Translations under genes and position numbers: made by a program
In this document: positions 33,267-52,000 of the stretch, in pieces
How the letters are laid out: each line of letters begins with the position of its first letter
Numbering within the stretch: position 1 is the first letter of the stretch
NCBI RefSeq assembly: GCF_009914755.1
Contig: NC_060940.1
DNA from: the human T2T-CHM13v2.0 reference genome, Homo sapiens
DNA length: 64,000 nucleotides
Reading direction: 5' to 3' (one strand)
The notes under the pieces: generated by a model
Databases searched by the model: none
What the model was told of the DNA's origin: nothing
Seen by the model: the letters and a program-made list of their open reading frames with translations, nothing else

Positions 33267-35541
33267 TAATATGGTTTGGCTCTGTGTCCCCACCCAAATC
33301 TCATCTTGAACTGTATTCCCATAATTCCCACCTGTGGTGGGAGCGGCCCAGTTGGAGATAATTTGAATCATGGGATGGTTTCCTCAGTACTGTTCTCGTG
33401 GTAGTGAATAAGTCTCATGAGATCTGATGGGTTTATCAGGGGTTTTTGCTTTTGCATCTTTCTCATTTTCTCTAACTGCTGCCATGTAAGAAGTGCCTTT
33501 TGCCTCCCACCATAATTCTGAGGCCTCCTCAGCCATGTGGAACAATTAAACCTCCTTTTCTTCCTAGTCTCATGTATGTCTTTATCAGCAGTGTAAAAAC
33601 AGACTAATACAGTAAATTGGTACCAGTAGAGTGGGGCGCTGCTGAAAAGATACCCAAAAATGTGGAAGCGACTTTGGAACTGGGTAATAGGCAGAGATTG
33701 GAACAGTTTGGAGGGCTCAGAAGAAGACACGAAAATGTGGGAAAGTTTGGAACTTCCTAGAGACTTGTTGAATGGCTTTGACAAAATACTGATAATGATA
33801 TGGACAATGAAATCGAGGCTGAGGTGGTCTCAGATAGAGTTGAGGAACTTGTTGGGAACTGGAGCAAAGGTGACTCTTCTTTATGTTTTAGCAAAGAGAC
33901 TGGTGGCATTTTGCCCTTGCCCTAGAGATTTGTGGAACTTTGAAATTGAGAGAGATGATTTAGGGTATCTGGTGGAAGATATTTCTAAGCAGCAAAGCAT
34001 TCAAGAGTTGACTTGGGTGCTGTTAAAGGCATTCAGTTTTAAAAGGGAAGCAGAGCATAAAAGTTCAGAAAATTTGCAGCCTGACAATGCAATAGAAAAG
34101 CAAATCCCATTTTCTGAGGAGACATTCAAGCAGGCTGCAAAAATTTGCATAAGTAATGAGGAGCTGAATGTTAATCCCCAGGACAATGGAGAAAATGTCT
34201 CCAGGAAATGGCAGAGACCTTTGCGGCAGCCTCTCCCATCACAGGCCCAGAGGTTGAGGAGGAAAAAATGGTTTTGTGGATAGGCCCCAGGGTCCCCATG
34301 CTGTGTGCAGTCTAGGGACTTGGTGCCCTGCATCCCAGCCACTCCAGCCGTGGGTGAAAGGGGTCAATGTAGAGCTTGGGCCATGGCTTCAGAGGGTGCA
34401 AGCACCAAGCCTTGGCAGCTTCCATGTGGTGTTGAGCCTGTGGCTGCACAGAAGTCAAGAACTGGGGTTTGGGAACCTCCGCCTAGATTTTAGAAGATGT
34501 ATGGAGACGCCTGGATGCCCAGGCAGAAGTTTGCTGCAGGGTGGGGCTCTCATGGGAACCTCTGCTAGGGCAGTGCAGAAGGGAAATGTGAGGTTGGAGC
34601 CCCCACACAGAGTCCCTACTGGGACACTGCCTAGTGGAGCTGTGAGAAGAGGGCCACCATCCTCCACACCCCAGAATGGCAGATCCAACTTGCATCGTGT
34701 GCCTGGAAAAGCCACAGACAACACCAGCCTGTAAAAGCAGTGGGGAGGGAGGCTGTATCCAGCAAAGCCAGAGGGGCAGAGCTGCCCAAGGCCACAGTAA
34801 CCCACCTCTTGCATCAGTGTGACCTGGATATGAGACCTGGAGTCAAAGGAGATCATTTTAGAGCTTCAAAATTTGACTGCCCTGATGGATTTCAGGCTTG
34901 CATGGGCCCTGTAACCCCTTTGTTTTGGCCAATTTCTCCCATTTGGAATGGCTATATTTACCTAATACCTGTACCCCCATTGTATCTAGGAAGTAACTAG
35001 CTTGCTTTTGATTTTACAGGCTCATAGACAGAAGGGACCTGCCTTGTCTCAGAAGAGACTTCGGAATGTGGACTTTGGGGTTAATGCTGAAATGAGTTAA
35101 GACTTTGGGGGACTATTGGGAAGGCATGATTGGTTTTGAAATGTGAGGGCATGAGATTTGGAGGGGCCAGGGGCGGAATGATATGGTTTGGCTCTGTACC
35201 CCCACCCGAATTTCATCTTGAATTGTACTCCCATAAATCCCATGTGTTGTGGGAGGGACCCAGTGGGAGATAATTTGAATCATGGGGGCGGTTTCCCCCA
35301 TACTGTTCTCTTGGTAGTGAATAAGTCTCACGAGATCTGATGGTTTTATTCCGGGGGTGGGGGGTTCTGCTTTTGCATCTTCCTCATTTTCTCTTGCTGC
35401 TGCTACGTAAGAAGTGCCTTTTGCCTCTCGCCATGATTCCGAGGCCTCCCCTGCCATGTGGAACTGTAAGTCCAATTAAATCTCTTTTCCTTCCCAGACT
35501 CACATATGTCTTTATCAGCAGCATGAAAATGGACTAATACA
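33267..35541 (+). mobile_element. Full-length THE1A MaLR (5' LTR 33267-33611, internal 33612-35178, 3' LTR 35179-35541)
   Basis: Two direct LTRs (T(G/A)ATATGGTTTGGCTCTGT...GACTAATACA) and a 5-bp TSD TATGG at 33262-33266 and 35542-35546. Confidence 0.92.
33660..34283 (+). pseudogene. Relic MaLR internal ORF (207 codons open)
   Basis: WNSLEGSEED..MWESLELPRDLLNGFD and LAKRLVAFCPCPRDLWNFE are typical THE1-int peptides. Confidence 0.8.
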
Positions 35542-36034
35542 TATGGTAATTTCATTTTTAATCTTTTGAGGACCTGACGTACTGTTTTCCCCACAGGTAT
35601 AGCTTTTTTACATTCCCACCAGCAGTGCACAAGGATTCCCATTTCTCCACGTCCTCACCAACACTTGTTATTTTCTGTTTTTTTCAGAGTAGCCATCTTA
35701 ATGGTGTGAGTGGCATCTCATTATAGCTTTGATTTCCATTTCCCTAATAATTAGCGATGTCAAGCATCTTTTCATGTGCTTATTGGCCGTTTATATATCT
35801 TCTTTGGAGAAATATCTATTCAAGTCCTTTGCCCATTTTGAATCACGTTTGTTGTTGTTGAGTTGTAGGAGTTCTCTGTATCTTCTGGCTATTAATCCTC
35901 CATCAGATATATGATTTATAAATATTTACTTCTATTTCTGGGTTGTCTTTTTACTCTGTTGATATTGTCTTTTTATGAACACATTAAAAAATTTTTCATA
36001 ACATCCAATTTTTAAAAAAAAATTATTTTAATTA

Positions 36035-37370
<1,336 letters not shown>

Positions 37371-37371
37371 A

Positions 37372-37930
<559 letters not shown>

Positions 37931-37932
37931 AC

Positions 37933-38317
37933 TTGCTATGGTTTGAATGTTCCCTCCAAAAGTGGTGTTGAAATTTAATTGCCATTGTGACAGTATTATA
38001 AGGTGGGACCTTTAAGAGGTGATTAGGTCATAAGAGTAGAGGCCTCTTGAATTGATTCATGATGTTTTCACAGGAAGGGGTTAGTTATCTTGGGAGTGAG
38101 GAGGATGAAGTTCGGCCCTGTTTCCCTTTCTGTCTCTTGCACTTACTTGCCATTCCACCTTCTGCCACCTGATGACACAGCACAAAGGTCGTCTCAAGGT
38201 GCTGGTGGTATGCCATTGGACTTCCCAGCCTCCAGAGCTATGAGCCAAATACATTTCTGTTCATTGTAAATTACTAGTCTGTAGTATTCTGTTATAGCAA
38301 CATAAAACAGACTAAGT
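37933..38317 (+). mobile_element. MST (MaLR) solo LTR
   Basis: TGCTATGGTTTGAATG...AACAGACTAAG. Confidence 0.85.
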
Positions 38318-39192
38318 ATTATTTGATCATGTCTACTTTTTTTCTTTTCCTGCCTGTGCCCATAATAATCTTTTAAAAGAAAATAAAATGAGCCACATCT
38401 GGCATAGTCAACTTGGACTATACAGAATTCCTAGCTCCCCAACTCCCTTGGTCCCTTAAAGACCCTTACTGCTTCCCTCCCCACTTCCATTCCCCTAACT
38501 CCTCATGGCTCCTGGCCCAGAAGCAGATTTGAGGAGAAGTCTGTGTGGGTCCTTTCTCCCCTTAAATTAATGCAAGATAACATTGTGCTTTGCCAATTCA
38601 GAGAAAAGCAAGAGGTCTGAGGCACTGTTAACATTGTATCAGGTGATGCTAACCAGCATCACCAGAGTTATCTGCTTATTTACCCGCCTCCTGCCTGCAG
38701 AGGTCAGAGGTTGCCTGAATATGGCATTATGTCGTCTTTGAAAGTGAAGCTCCCACTCTGCAGCTCCTGGGAAGCATAAATCCTAGGTTGGTTCAGCAAG
38801 ATTTGATGACCATACTTTCAGTATGGTTGTTTGGCTAGCGTTATACATACAGGAGCCTTGGAGTATGAAGGGACCTGGGAAAGCTTTTCCTTCTCGTACC
38901 CCTCAAAAGATTTTCCTACTGGTCTGGTCCATCTTTGGTGGCAAAACTTCCACCATTGGCTGTTCATGCCATTGGGCTCCCAGATTGCTTTCTATTAAAA
39001 CTGCAAAATGCATGGTAAGCTGTGGTCAGCTTGGATACCTCCACCCCTAGAGCTGTATATTGCACACGTTAAGTGCTCACACAATGTTTGTTGGATTGAA
39101 CCAATGACTTAGCATAAAATGCTTCAACAGATGACGTTCTAATCTGACATCTGGCCAGAAACACTTCTAGAACTGAGTTATGTTTAGGCACT

Positions 39193-39945
39193 GTGGTATA
39201 ATACAAAAATATATTTGGTCTTTGTCTCTGGTTCCTGGTACACAGCTCCTACATCCCTGGGAATTTTCTGAATGGTAGGAATATCTTTTGTTATTCATAA
39301 TAAGCCCCTTTCCATTATACCTCAGTTTATGTTAGTGGGGTGTCTTTTGGTTGGAATCCTAGATAGCCTCAGGGTATGGCTGGTCACCAAAAAGACCACA
39401 CTGGAACTTTCAGTACCACCTACTGACCAGCCCCTCGAAAGGGGCTGGGGGTGCAATGCTGGAGACTAAGCTCTATGAAAACTCTTGAACAATGAGATTT
39501 GAGGAGCATCTGGGTTGGTGAACACTTGGAAGAACTAGGAAGGTGGTGCTCCCAGAGAGAGCATGGAAGCTCTGTCTAGCCCCACCATACCTTGCCCTCT
39601 GCATCTCTTCATCTAGCTGTTTCTGACTTGTGTCTTTATAGTAAACTGGTAAACATAAGGAAAGTGTTTCCCTGCATTCTGTGAGCTTTCTAGCAAATTA
39701 TTGAATCTGAGGAGGGGGGCATGGGGACCTCCTGAATTTATAGCTGGTTGGTCAGAAGTCCCAGAGATCCGGGACCTTCAACTGGCATCTGAAGTGGGAG
39801 CAATCTGTGCAACTAAGCCCTTAACCTGTGGAATCTCCAGGTAGTTAGTGTCAGAATTGAATTGCATTATAGGACACCAGCTGGTGTTGGAGAATTGGTT
39901 GGCATGGGGGAAAAGACCCACACATTTGTTAACAGAAGTATTCTG
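39193..39945 (+). mobile_element. MER21-like ERVL LTR
   Basis: TGTGGTATAATA...ATATTTGGTCTTTGTC...CAGAATTGAATTG...GGACACCAGCTGGTG. Confidence 0.75.
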
Positions 39946-41245
39946 TGGGCAGAAACAGATCTTAGGAGACATATTTTGGCAAGAAGGGTTTTTTTCTTTT
40001 TTTTATTAACCACTTTTTCTGGTTATCCCTTCCCTGTAGCCTACTCACACGCCCATCAACATGGATAACTGAGAGGCATACGCAAAGTGCGGCAATCAGT
40101 TTCTAGTACAGCAGTTTGTTATTACAGTTGCTCAAGAAATATGTGTGCTGGGAAAATAAGGAGTGTCACTCTACACCTCCAAGGGGGAGACAGTGTTTGT
40201 CTAAACACAGGTCTTTGTCTCTACAACATGCTACCCCACCCACCCCTGCTGCCCAAGTAAGCTGGGCTTTTTGAGTCATTCGTGATGTGTTTTTGAACAC
40301 AACGAGGGGGAAGAGCTCCCACAGTCTGTTCAGTTCTTGCTACAAGAAATACAAGCTGGGTTTGACTGAATGACAAAAAGAAATCTGTTGAGCCAGGAAG
40401 CGTAGTAAATACCGTGACTCTCTGCAAATGCGCACAGCCCAAACAGCTTTTTCCAGTCTGGAAAAATGAAGAGATTTGTCTGTGCAAAAACCAGCCAAGT
40501 CTCCACCCCTCTCCCTTTCTACTCCTCCACCCCCACCTCCTGGCTAGGCCTTCCACCCTGCCCCAGACATTCAGTCATCAGCTTTCATCCTCTGTGACTT
40601 GCATTGCCCCAGGAAATAACATGCCCGGCTCTGGGGAGATACACCAGCCTCTCCCAAGCATCTTTCAGGGATGTCTGTCTGGTTGGGTTTTGCCAGTCAT
40701 CTCTGACCTTGGCCAGTGCTGGCTCACAGCAAAGTTATTCATTACGCAAAGTGGGTCTGGTGTCTTATTCCTTGTTTATTCCCTTCCTTCTCCTTCCCAC
40801 TCCAGTCTTCCCCCTTTTGCTTTGAAAGAAGCTTTGTCCCATCCCTACTTCCATCAGGCAGTGTTTAGAGAGAAGATTTGCCAAAGATGAGATTTTAAAA
40901 GCATTTGCTCTCAGCTAGTACAGGGCATGGAGGCAGGATGGAAAATCTCCCAGGGACTGTCAAAGGCAACCAGTTCAGGACAGTCTTTGGTGGATACAGA
41001 GTTTCTAGATGGGAGGGACTTACAGGGAGAATCTGGTTCTGCACCTTGTCTTAAAGATACATTTGCATAACAACTATGCAGTTTTCTCTTTGATGGTATG
41101 TTTTGGGAGGTGGTAGCTGGCAAAGACTATGGGGCAATAAAGCACCCACCCAAACCACTGGAGCAGTGGAGACAACACATCAAACCTGCAGTTCATTGTA
41201 TTGGGAAGGGCACTGGAATTGGAATCAGAATTTCCATGAGTTTGA

Positions 41246-41560
<315 letters not shown>

Positions 41561-41898
41561 GTTTATATTTGTCAAGTTTGTGAATGAATGAATGAATGAA
41601 TGAATGAATGAATAAACCAATAACCTTGGATACTTTTCCTCTTTGAGCCTCAGTTTTCTCCTCTATAAAAACAATATTTAAAAAAGTCTAACACCTACTC
41701 TGCCTACCTCACCAGGTTAGTGTGTATGTGTGTGTGTGAGAGAGAGAGAAAGAGAAAGAACAAAATGTATGAATGTTCTTTGTCTCCTGCGCACTGGAAT
41801 TTAAAAGTCACTTTGTCTCAGGCTCTGTGCTTTAACCTTGGTGTTGGTGTTCCATATCAGGAGGAAGGACTATTTTCCAGTGTCTGGTAAACACTTAG

Positions 41899-42275
<377 letters not shown>

Positions 42276-42429
42276 TTTTAAATGCTTTTAACCGATTGGT
42301 TTAAATTTGAGAACAAAGAATTTTAAGGTTCTCAGCCTCAGCTTATAGCCACTGCCCTGTTGGTCCCTTACTTGGCCCCAGAACCCTGGAAACCTTCCCA
42401 GGACAGAGCTTGCCTTACTTCCAACCACA

Positions 42430-42815
42430 GATCTTCATCAGGTGCAGGAGGAATTCGACCTTCAGATCTTTGCCCATGCACTTGGCTCTGCCTGAAGCAT
42501 TCTCTTTGCTTTTTACCCGTCCAATTCCAGCACATCCTTCAGATCCCAGGTTAGACTCCCTTCTTCCAGGATACGTTCCCAGCTCCTCTCTGCCCTGTCA
42601 GGTAAGCTTCCTCCTCCATGCCCTCCCTCTTTGTGTCCTCTATCTGAGTGCTCACCCTGCTGAACTGTGGTTTCCCATCAGTCGTCTGCCTCCCTTTTAA
42701 ACTGTGGCCCCCTGAGGACTATGATTGTGTCTTCCTTGTTCATTGATGTAACCTTGGTACATATCACAGTGCCAGGTACCAAGAGGATATTCTACAAATA
42801 GGCATTGATTAAGTG
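42430..42815 (+). mobile_element. L2 3' fragment
   Basis: CTTTGCCCATGC...CCTTCAGATCCCAG...CACAGTGCCAGGTAC resembles an L2 end. Confidence 0.55.
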
Positions 42816-43479
42816 ACTGGCAACAGTGTGTTGAGGAGATGGGAGAGAGGGTGACAAATCACAAAGGTCCCCATAGGAGGGTATTGTATTTCCTGAAGTA
42901 TGAGAAACAACACTTCCACCAAAATGGCTTGCATAGCTAAGGATGCAAAGCTTTGGTGCATAACTTGCATAAACTAAGGATGCAAACACACCCCCAGACA
43001 TTCCTGGACACACCCTACTGTAGGCAGTCATTCATTTAACACACTTGCCCTTGCTCTGAAATTTCTCCTCTTATCGTCTCCTTCCACTCATCTTTCTCAT
43101 TTCCTGTATAAGGGAATTGCAAGACTAAAAGAATCTAACTGGCAGCAAAAAGATAATGCCAGAGAAAGAGATTATATTGCCACACCTTTGCTTAAGGTTT
43201 TTTCCCCTCTTTCTCTGCCTGTTAGATTTCTGCACCATTCCATTGTAAGGAAATTCTACTTATCTTTATTATGGACAATTCCTGAAGACACCTGAACTTT
43301 GAAAAATAGCTTAGTATGTGGTTCTGCCCACTCTTTGGAGTCCTGCCAAAGGTGTCTTTCAGCAAATAGCCCCCAACTCCGTGCCTCAGTTTCCCTCTTT
43401 TCTCTCACAGAGATGAGAAACAGAAGTTGTCCTTGAAACTTTTTTTTGAAAATAAAAGCGCCCCCACCCCCCGACTTCT

Positions 43480-43920
<441 letters not shown>

Positions 43921-44195
43921 GTAGAAGAGCTCCTTAAATATGCAGTTACTTGCTGGTCATGACCATGGAATGTGAAGGAAAGGAAGGTGTCACTTAATTC
44001 TTCTATGGGCAGGTGAATTTTAAGTTCTTAAGGTTGACTCAAATGTGGTCAGAGACTCAAGTGAAAACTTGCCCTACCCAAAGAAAGAGTCCTGAACTGG
44101 CCTTGAAGAGGAGGAGGATTTCTGAAGCAGTTTAGAGTGTTGTTGGTAAGGACCCAACTGGCAGCAGATACAGCATGATAAAATCACAGAAGCCT

Positions 44196-44500
<305 letters not shown>

Positions 44501-44667
44501 ACAATCACAGAAGCCGGAAAGTGTTTTCTGAGCCCCAGGAACATCAGGCGGTCTTACCCTGTTAGGATGCTGGTCAAGTCTTTCGTGGTATGCCTTCATC
44601 TGACCTCCTGGCTTCGTCTGTCCACACCCTCTACCATACTGCAGGCATACAGGACCCACTTCCTAGG

Positions 44668-44940
44668 TTAGGGTTGCAAACTGGGGGTGCTCGGGTAAAC
44701 TTGGACTGCTAGACAGGCTTTGTTTGGCTCATAACATCGTCTTTTGCAATACTTTTTACTTAAGTCAATTCCCAAATTGGGAGACTTCACGTAAAATCCA
44801 AATCTTCACTTATTTTGGAAAAATAAAAGATCTGGCAACAGAGGGCCACATTCGTCCATAATAGCAATCAGCTAGAGCCAGAAGTGAGTAGCTGCTGCCC
44901 CTTTCACAGAGGACTTGCTGTCTCCAGTCCCCACCACTCT
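44668..44940. mobile_element. MER102-like hAT-Charlie fragment
   Basis: AAAATCCAAAT...AAAAGATCTGGCAAC...AGCTGCTGCCCCTTT. Confidence 0.5.
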
Positions 44941-47397
44941 GGTCAGCTGCCTTTGATCATCTTTTTTTTTTTTATTTTTTTTATTTTTTTTAGAGATGAG
45001 GTCTTGCTATGTTGCCTAGGCTGGTCTTTTACCACTGGCCTCAAGCAATGTCCACCTAGAGCACTGGGATTACCCCCAGACCCAGCCTGCCTTTGATCAT
45101 CTTACCCCCCAGGACATTTATGTTGCCTGCTGTGCCTAAAGGCACTTGAGTTTCCTGACATCTGCCTTGGGGAGGACCTTCTATCCCCTGGGCTCCTGGT
45201 ACATCACACACCCTTCCTCCCTGCCCCCATTGATGCTGATTTATCCAGTATTCTGGGGCTGGGGGCTGGGTTCTTTCTGCTTTCAAGGGGATAAGTTCCC
45301 ATTCCATAAAGACACACAAGGCCACAGGCTAAGGAACAGGCAGGGACCTGTTCTTTGCTTCCCAGATAACACACACCCGCTTTAGCAATAACCTTCTGGG
45401 AATCATGCCCGTGACTTTTCTTTTTTCTATTCCATTAGTGATTTTCAAAGAGGAAGTTTCAGTTAGATAAAAGGAGCAGATGGCACTGTACGAGGCCTCC
45501 TGCCGGGTAAATATTTTGGAGGAGCCAGGGCTTTTCTGTGAGTTGCTCCTCTTTCCTGGTAAGCTTTGATTTCCCAGGTTATCGAGGTGTGTTCTCCTAA
45601 GGAAGGAATCAGGCCTTACTTAACCTTGATAATTAAAATCACTGTTCTCATTGCCCTTCCTTCATAAACAAGGAAATTGGAACAGAGCTAAGAGAAGATT
45701 TTTCATGCAGTTTAGGAAAGAATGAGCAATGGAAAAAGGAAATTGAGAGCTTTGGGGAGTTTATAGCAGAGAGCATTTGAGTTTGAAATAGGAGCTGAGA
45801 ATCCATATGTTTGAGAGGAAAGAAAAGAAAAGAACAGCCACACGCCCAGAGCTTCAAGGGGACGTGCGGAAATTGTTATAGGAAAGGGGGCAGGGAGGCC
45901 CACGTGGGTCTCCCTTTATCAGACCCAGATGTTCAGGCAACGGTTCTCAAGATGCCCATGAAAAGGTCTAGAGTCTGCTGAGCTAGACTCACTGTTTTCT
46001 TAACTACCAAGAGGCACATGAAATCAGTGGCCTGGAGCTTTCCACCGTGTGCTCAATGGTTCCCTGAGGCCCTCCTGGGGTCTGTGCCGCACCAATTATA
46101 CACAGACTGGGCTGCCTTAGGGCAGGACTTGAAAGTGAATAGGACTGACTGGCTCACTGGGTAACTGTCCCTGCCTGTCAGCCCCTGCCAAACAGAGGCT
46201 GCCAAACCTCCCTCTGTTGCCTCCCGCCCCAGACTAACCTTGGAAGGCAGGAGACATTGGAAGGTCCAGGTTCAGCTCTCAATTCCACCTGGCATAAATG
46301 ACTTAGCTTCTCTGAGCCTCAGTGTTGGTGTCTTTAAAATGAGGAAAAAAATCATTTGTGAGGTGCATATAAGATATGTGTGAAAGGGCTCTACAAAGAA
46401 GAAAGCACAAAATGTTTTTTATTATTCATTATCCTTTTAAAAATTACTAACAAAAATTTCAAATAAATGCTCAGGTAGGCGGAATGAACCCTCATAACCC
46501 AGCTTCAAGAATTATCAACTCATGGCCAATTTTATTGTATCTATATCTCCACCCACTTTCTCCATCCCTGTGTTATTTTGAAGCAAATCCCAAATATTCT
46601 ATTATAGTATCTTACTATCAAATGTATACAGCTGACTTGCTCCCTCAACCAATGGAAACTTACCCAATCTTCAGGTGTCCCTTTCTGCACCCCTTTTCCC
46701 TTCCAGGGGGCCACACCTCCTATCCCCACCATGCACCTGGTGCCCTAAACCTTCTCAAATCCATTATTACTACGAAACTGTCATCACTGATAGTAGCTCA
46801 GGTTGTAAGCCCTGGGAAGCCTGAGATGTATTTGCATTTTATCAGGCCCCATTGTCTTTAGAGAGAAGAGTGACTTCTAACAAGTAAACTATGAAGTATC
46901 ACTCTCTAGAAGTAGCAGGAGGTGGTGAGCCATTAAGGGCCCTCCAAACCCTTGACACCAAGCATAAGCTCTATAGGAATTGGCTGAGTTCCTCCTCCTG
47001 TTGGTGCTTTTCTTCCAGGGAGAGGGCACACGGAGCAGAGAACACCGGTGAATTATGTCCTCTCAGCCTCTGACTGCAGGGGAATCAGGGCTCTCCTCTC
47101 CTGGCAGATGCTCTACTGCTGACTTGAAGTCTGTGACTAAGCTGTGAATATGAGACTCGGGTCTATTCCCAAGTCCTCATGCAGTGGATAGGATGCAAGC
47201 TCCAAAAGCCAGGAGACTTGATTCAAATCCTGCCTCCACTATTTATATCACATAGCTTCTCTGTGCCTCACTTTCTCTTCCTTATCTGTAAAGCAGGGGT
47301 TACAATACTTACTTCACAGTTGTTGAAAGGATCGTTATGAGATAATGTCATATTCCTTAGGATTCTTTTGGTAGCAGGTGATAGAAAATCCAATTCA

Positions 47398-49087
<1,690 letters not shown>

Positions 49088-52000
49088 CTATAAATGCTTT
49101 GTAAGTCCTCAGGCACATTATTGAAGATCATAAAACAATAATTCCCTTCTCCTATCTCATGGAGCATTTTTTATTCCTTTTCAAATAAGTTTCACATATT
49201 TAATCTCTTTGAGCTTCATAACAGTCCTATGAGACAAACAGGAGTACAGGTATTGTCTTCCCATTTTTACAGATGAGGAAATCAAAGCACAGAGCAGGTG
49301 AGGACTTTGCCCATGGTCAACATGGCAAGGTAGTGTGGACTGTGCTTAGAGTCACACAGAGACACAACTGGCTCTGAATTCCCTGGCAGATCCACTGGGA
49401 CTGGAAACTAGGACATTTAGGGTATGGGTTAATCAAGGCCTGCCCTGGGATTTGGATCACCCACCCAGGTTCATTCCTGAGTAAACAGTTTAGACTGATG
49501 GCAGTTGAGTATGTCAAGGACCCATTGTTGATGCCCTGGCAGGTGGCAAGGGAAAGAACTGGAAGGAAAGACACTGGCACACGAGGAACACCCTCACATG
49601 ACTGATCCCCTTTACACCAGGCAGCTGGGTACAAGACTTGGTCTTCCTCGTCCCAGAAAAAAATGCCAATCAAAAATAAAACAAAAAGAAGGGGAGGCCA
49701 CGCTGGTTGCAGGGCTGGTTCCTGGACTTCTTTCAAGGGAACTTGATCCTGGAGCCAAGAGCATCCTTTGCCAGGATGTGGAGGGAGAGAAGAATCCCCC
49801 AGTCAAATGAGGATGGTTTGGCCAGAGTCTCAGCATCCTCTTAAGTGTTGCTGACATCTCCAAAGAGTCTTCCAAAAACCGGAGTCCCTCCTCTGCCTCC
49901 AGGTTCTGAACACATTGAGAAAGAAGACAAAGGAATGGCAGGGAGCCAACATACCACCTTAATTACCACTAAAGCTAGCATGGAGGTTGCAGCTGAGTGT
50001 GAGAACAAAATGAGGTTCCTGACCGAGCCTGGGAGAAGGATGGGGCTGAGCTGATCATTCCAGAGAGTCTTCCCAAGTCACCCATTCAGATCAGTCATTC
50101 CATTATTGTGGACAGTGAGAGTGAAGATAAAGAGGGGTGTTTAGGAAAAATCTCTCCTTGTGAAAACCAAAAGCAGGAAAACATGTGAGTGTGGCAAGGT
50201 ATTAATCTCTCTGCACATCAGTCGAGATCTCTTCTTCAGTATAATGGGGATAGTGACAGTGAGGGTTCTGTGGGATCACGTGTATGACGGTCCTGGCATA
50301 CAGTAATCGCTCAGTAAAGGCTGTTTTTGTGTGCAGTCCAGGTTCATGGCAGGTGGCCTTTCTTTCCTCCCCGGCATGAAGCCCAGGGCCCCAGAGTCCT
50401 GCCGGGCTTGTGTATCGCTCTTTCTCTCCAGCTGTAAAAATTCATGAGAATGTGGGTGTGCGGTGGCTTTCCAGTTTCTTGGCTTCTCCCCAGGCTATGT
50501 TCTCCCACTTGGGGGCAGGGGGGTGGCAGACATCCTTTTCACAGTGGTGAGTGCCACCCCACCCCAACCCCCATGCCCTGTCCCAGCAGAGTCTGGCTCA
50601 AAGTTCAAAGCCAGGGTGGCTTTGTTGAGTAATTTGGTGACATTGCCTGCCTGCCTGCCCACCATGCAGGGATAAGTCTCGCTCTCACACGCCCATTTGC
50701 TAGGCATCTGCTGCCCTGTGTTTTGTGGTGTGGAGGATGGGAACAGCTCACCCCCCGCCGAATGACCGCGGTGAGGCTCAGCTTCCTTCCTCTCCCCCGC
50801 CCTTGGGCTCTCAGTCCCACACACAGCCCCACTCAGTGAGGTTTCGGATCTGCTCCCAGGCTGGTTGGCGCTGACTCCATCTGGATCCACACCAACCCCT
50901 TCCTCCTGGGGGTTCAGAGTGTTCTTGGAAGGAAGCCTGGGAAGGGAAAGGCCTTCTCCAGCATTCCCCATCCAGTGGTTGGCTGACAGCATAGAACTGA
51001 GCTGCCAAGAACGCTGGAGTCAGACAGAACTGAGTTCAAATCCCCGGGTGACCTTGGGCAAGCTGCTCTCTCTGCTTCAGTTTCCTCATCTGTAAAAAAT
51101 GTGACAGTAACAGGATCTGCCTCCTGGGATGATTGTGAGGATTCAGGGAGATACTAACTGTGATGTCCTCACCCCTACATCTGGCAGGTGGGAAGTGCTT
51201 AAGAAATGGTGGCCCTGGAGCCAGGGATCCCCTGCCTTCCCATGGGTGTACTCACAGGGAGGAGGCGAACGCCGTCTCCTTTTGCTCATCCCACCTCCCA
51301 AATTAGACCCCTGCCGTAGTTACTCTGACATGACCAAACTGGTTTGGTTTCCTGCAAACTCCTTTTGGACAAGGACTCTGTCTCATTTGTCTTATAACTC
51401 CCATGCCTAGTGTGGTCCTGGCACTTACACAGCACTAAATGTTTGGAATAAATAAGTGGAGGATAAAGGAGCAAACGAGTGCCTGGTGGGCAGCATCTGT
51501 TCAAGGACTGTTTTCTGAACTCCAGGCAGTTATTTCTGTCCCTTCCATTTTCCCTCTCTCCTTCCTCCCTCCCTCCCTTCCTTCTCTCCTTCCTTCCTTT
51601 TGACCTTCCTCTTCAGACCTCCTTTCCTTCTTGCTAAATGGAAAGAGCTTCCTCCCTTCCTTTTCTTGTAATATCCAAGCTGCAAGAGCATCCCTTGAGA
51701 GCCCTTCACCCAGCCGAGAGCAGCGATTCCTCTTTCAAATTGAGTCTGTCCCCTGACTCATTCATTAAAATGCATAGGGCATGTGACCAAACTGCATAAT
51801 GAGTCTCTCATGAGGAAGGCTTGGAGGCAGGGAGATGCTGCCAACTGCAAAGGCAAATACTTCCCCCCCAGCTGTGGATCAGGCTCATTGGCTGTCATAC
51901 CCTGGGAAGGCTGGGGGCTGCAGTTCATCTCCAGTAAATCAGCCAAGCCCTGGAGAGCTGCAGCCTGGCGCAGGCTGTACGGTCTTGGAAGCTGTGTTGC

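Noticed and set aside
33355-33372. DUX4 site in the THE1 LTRs
   Set aside because: Both LTRs read TAATTTGAATCA, one base longer than the TAAYBBAATCA consensus, so DUX4 activation is not supported.
49420-50060. Purine-rich unique stretch that looked like a processed pseudogene
   Set aside because: No recognisable protein in any frame, no poly-A tail or TSD. A BLASTx search would be needed to exclude it fully.
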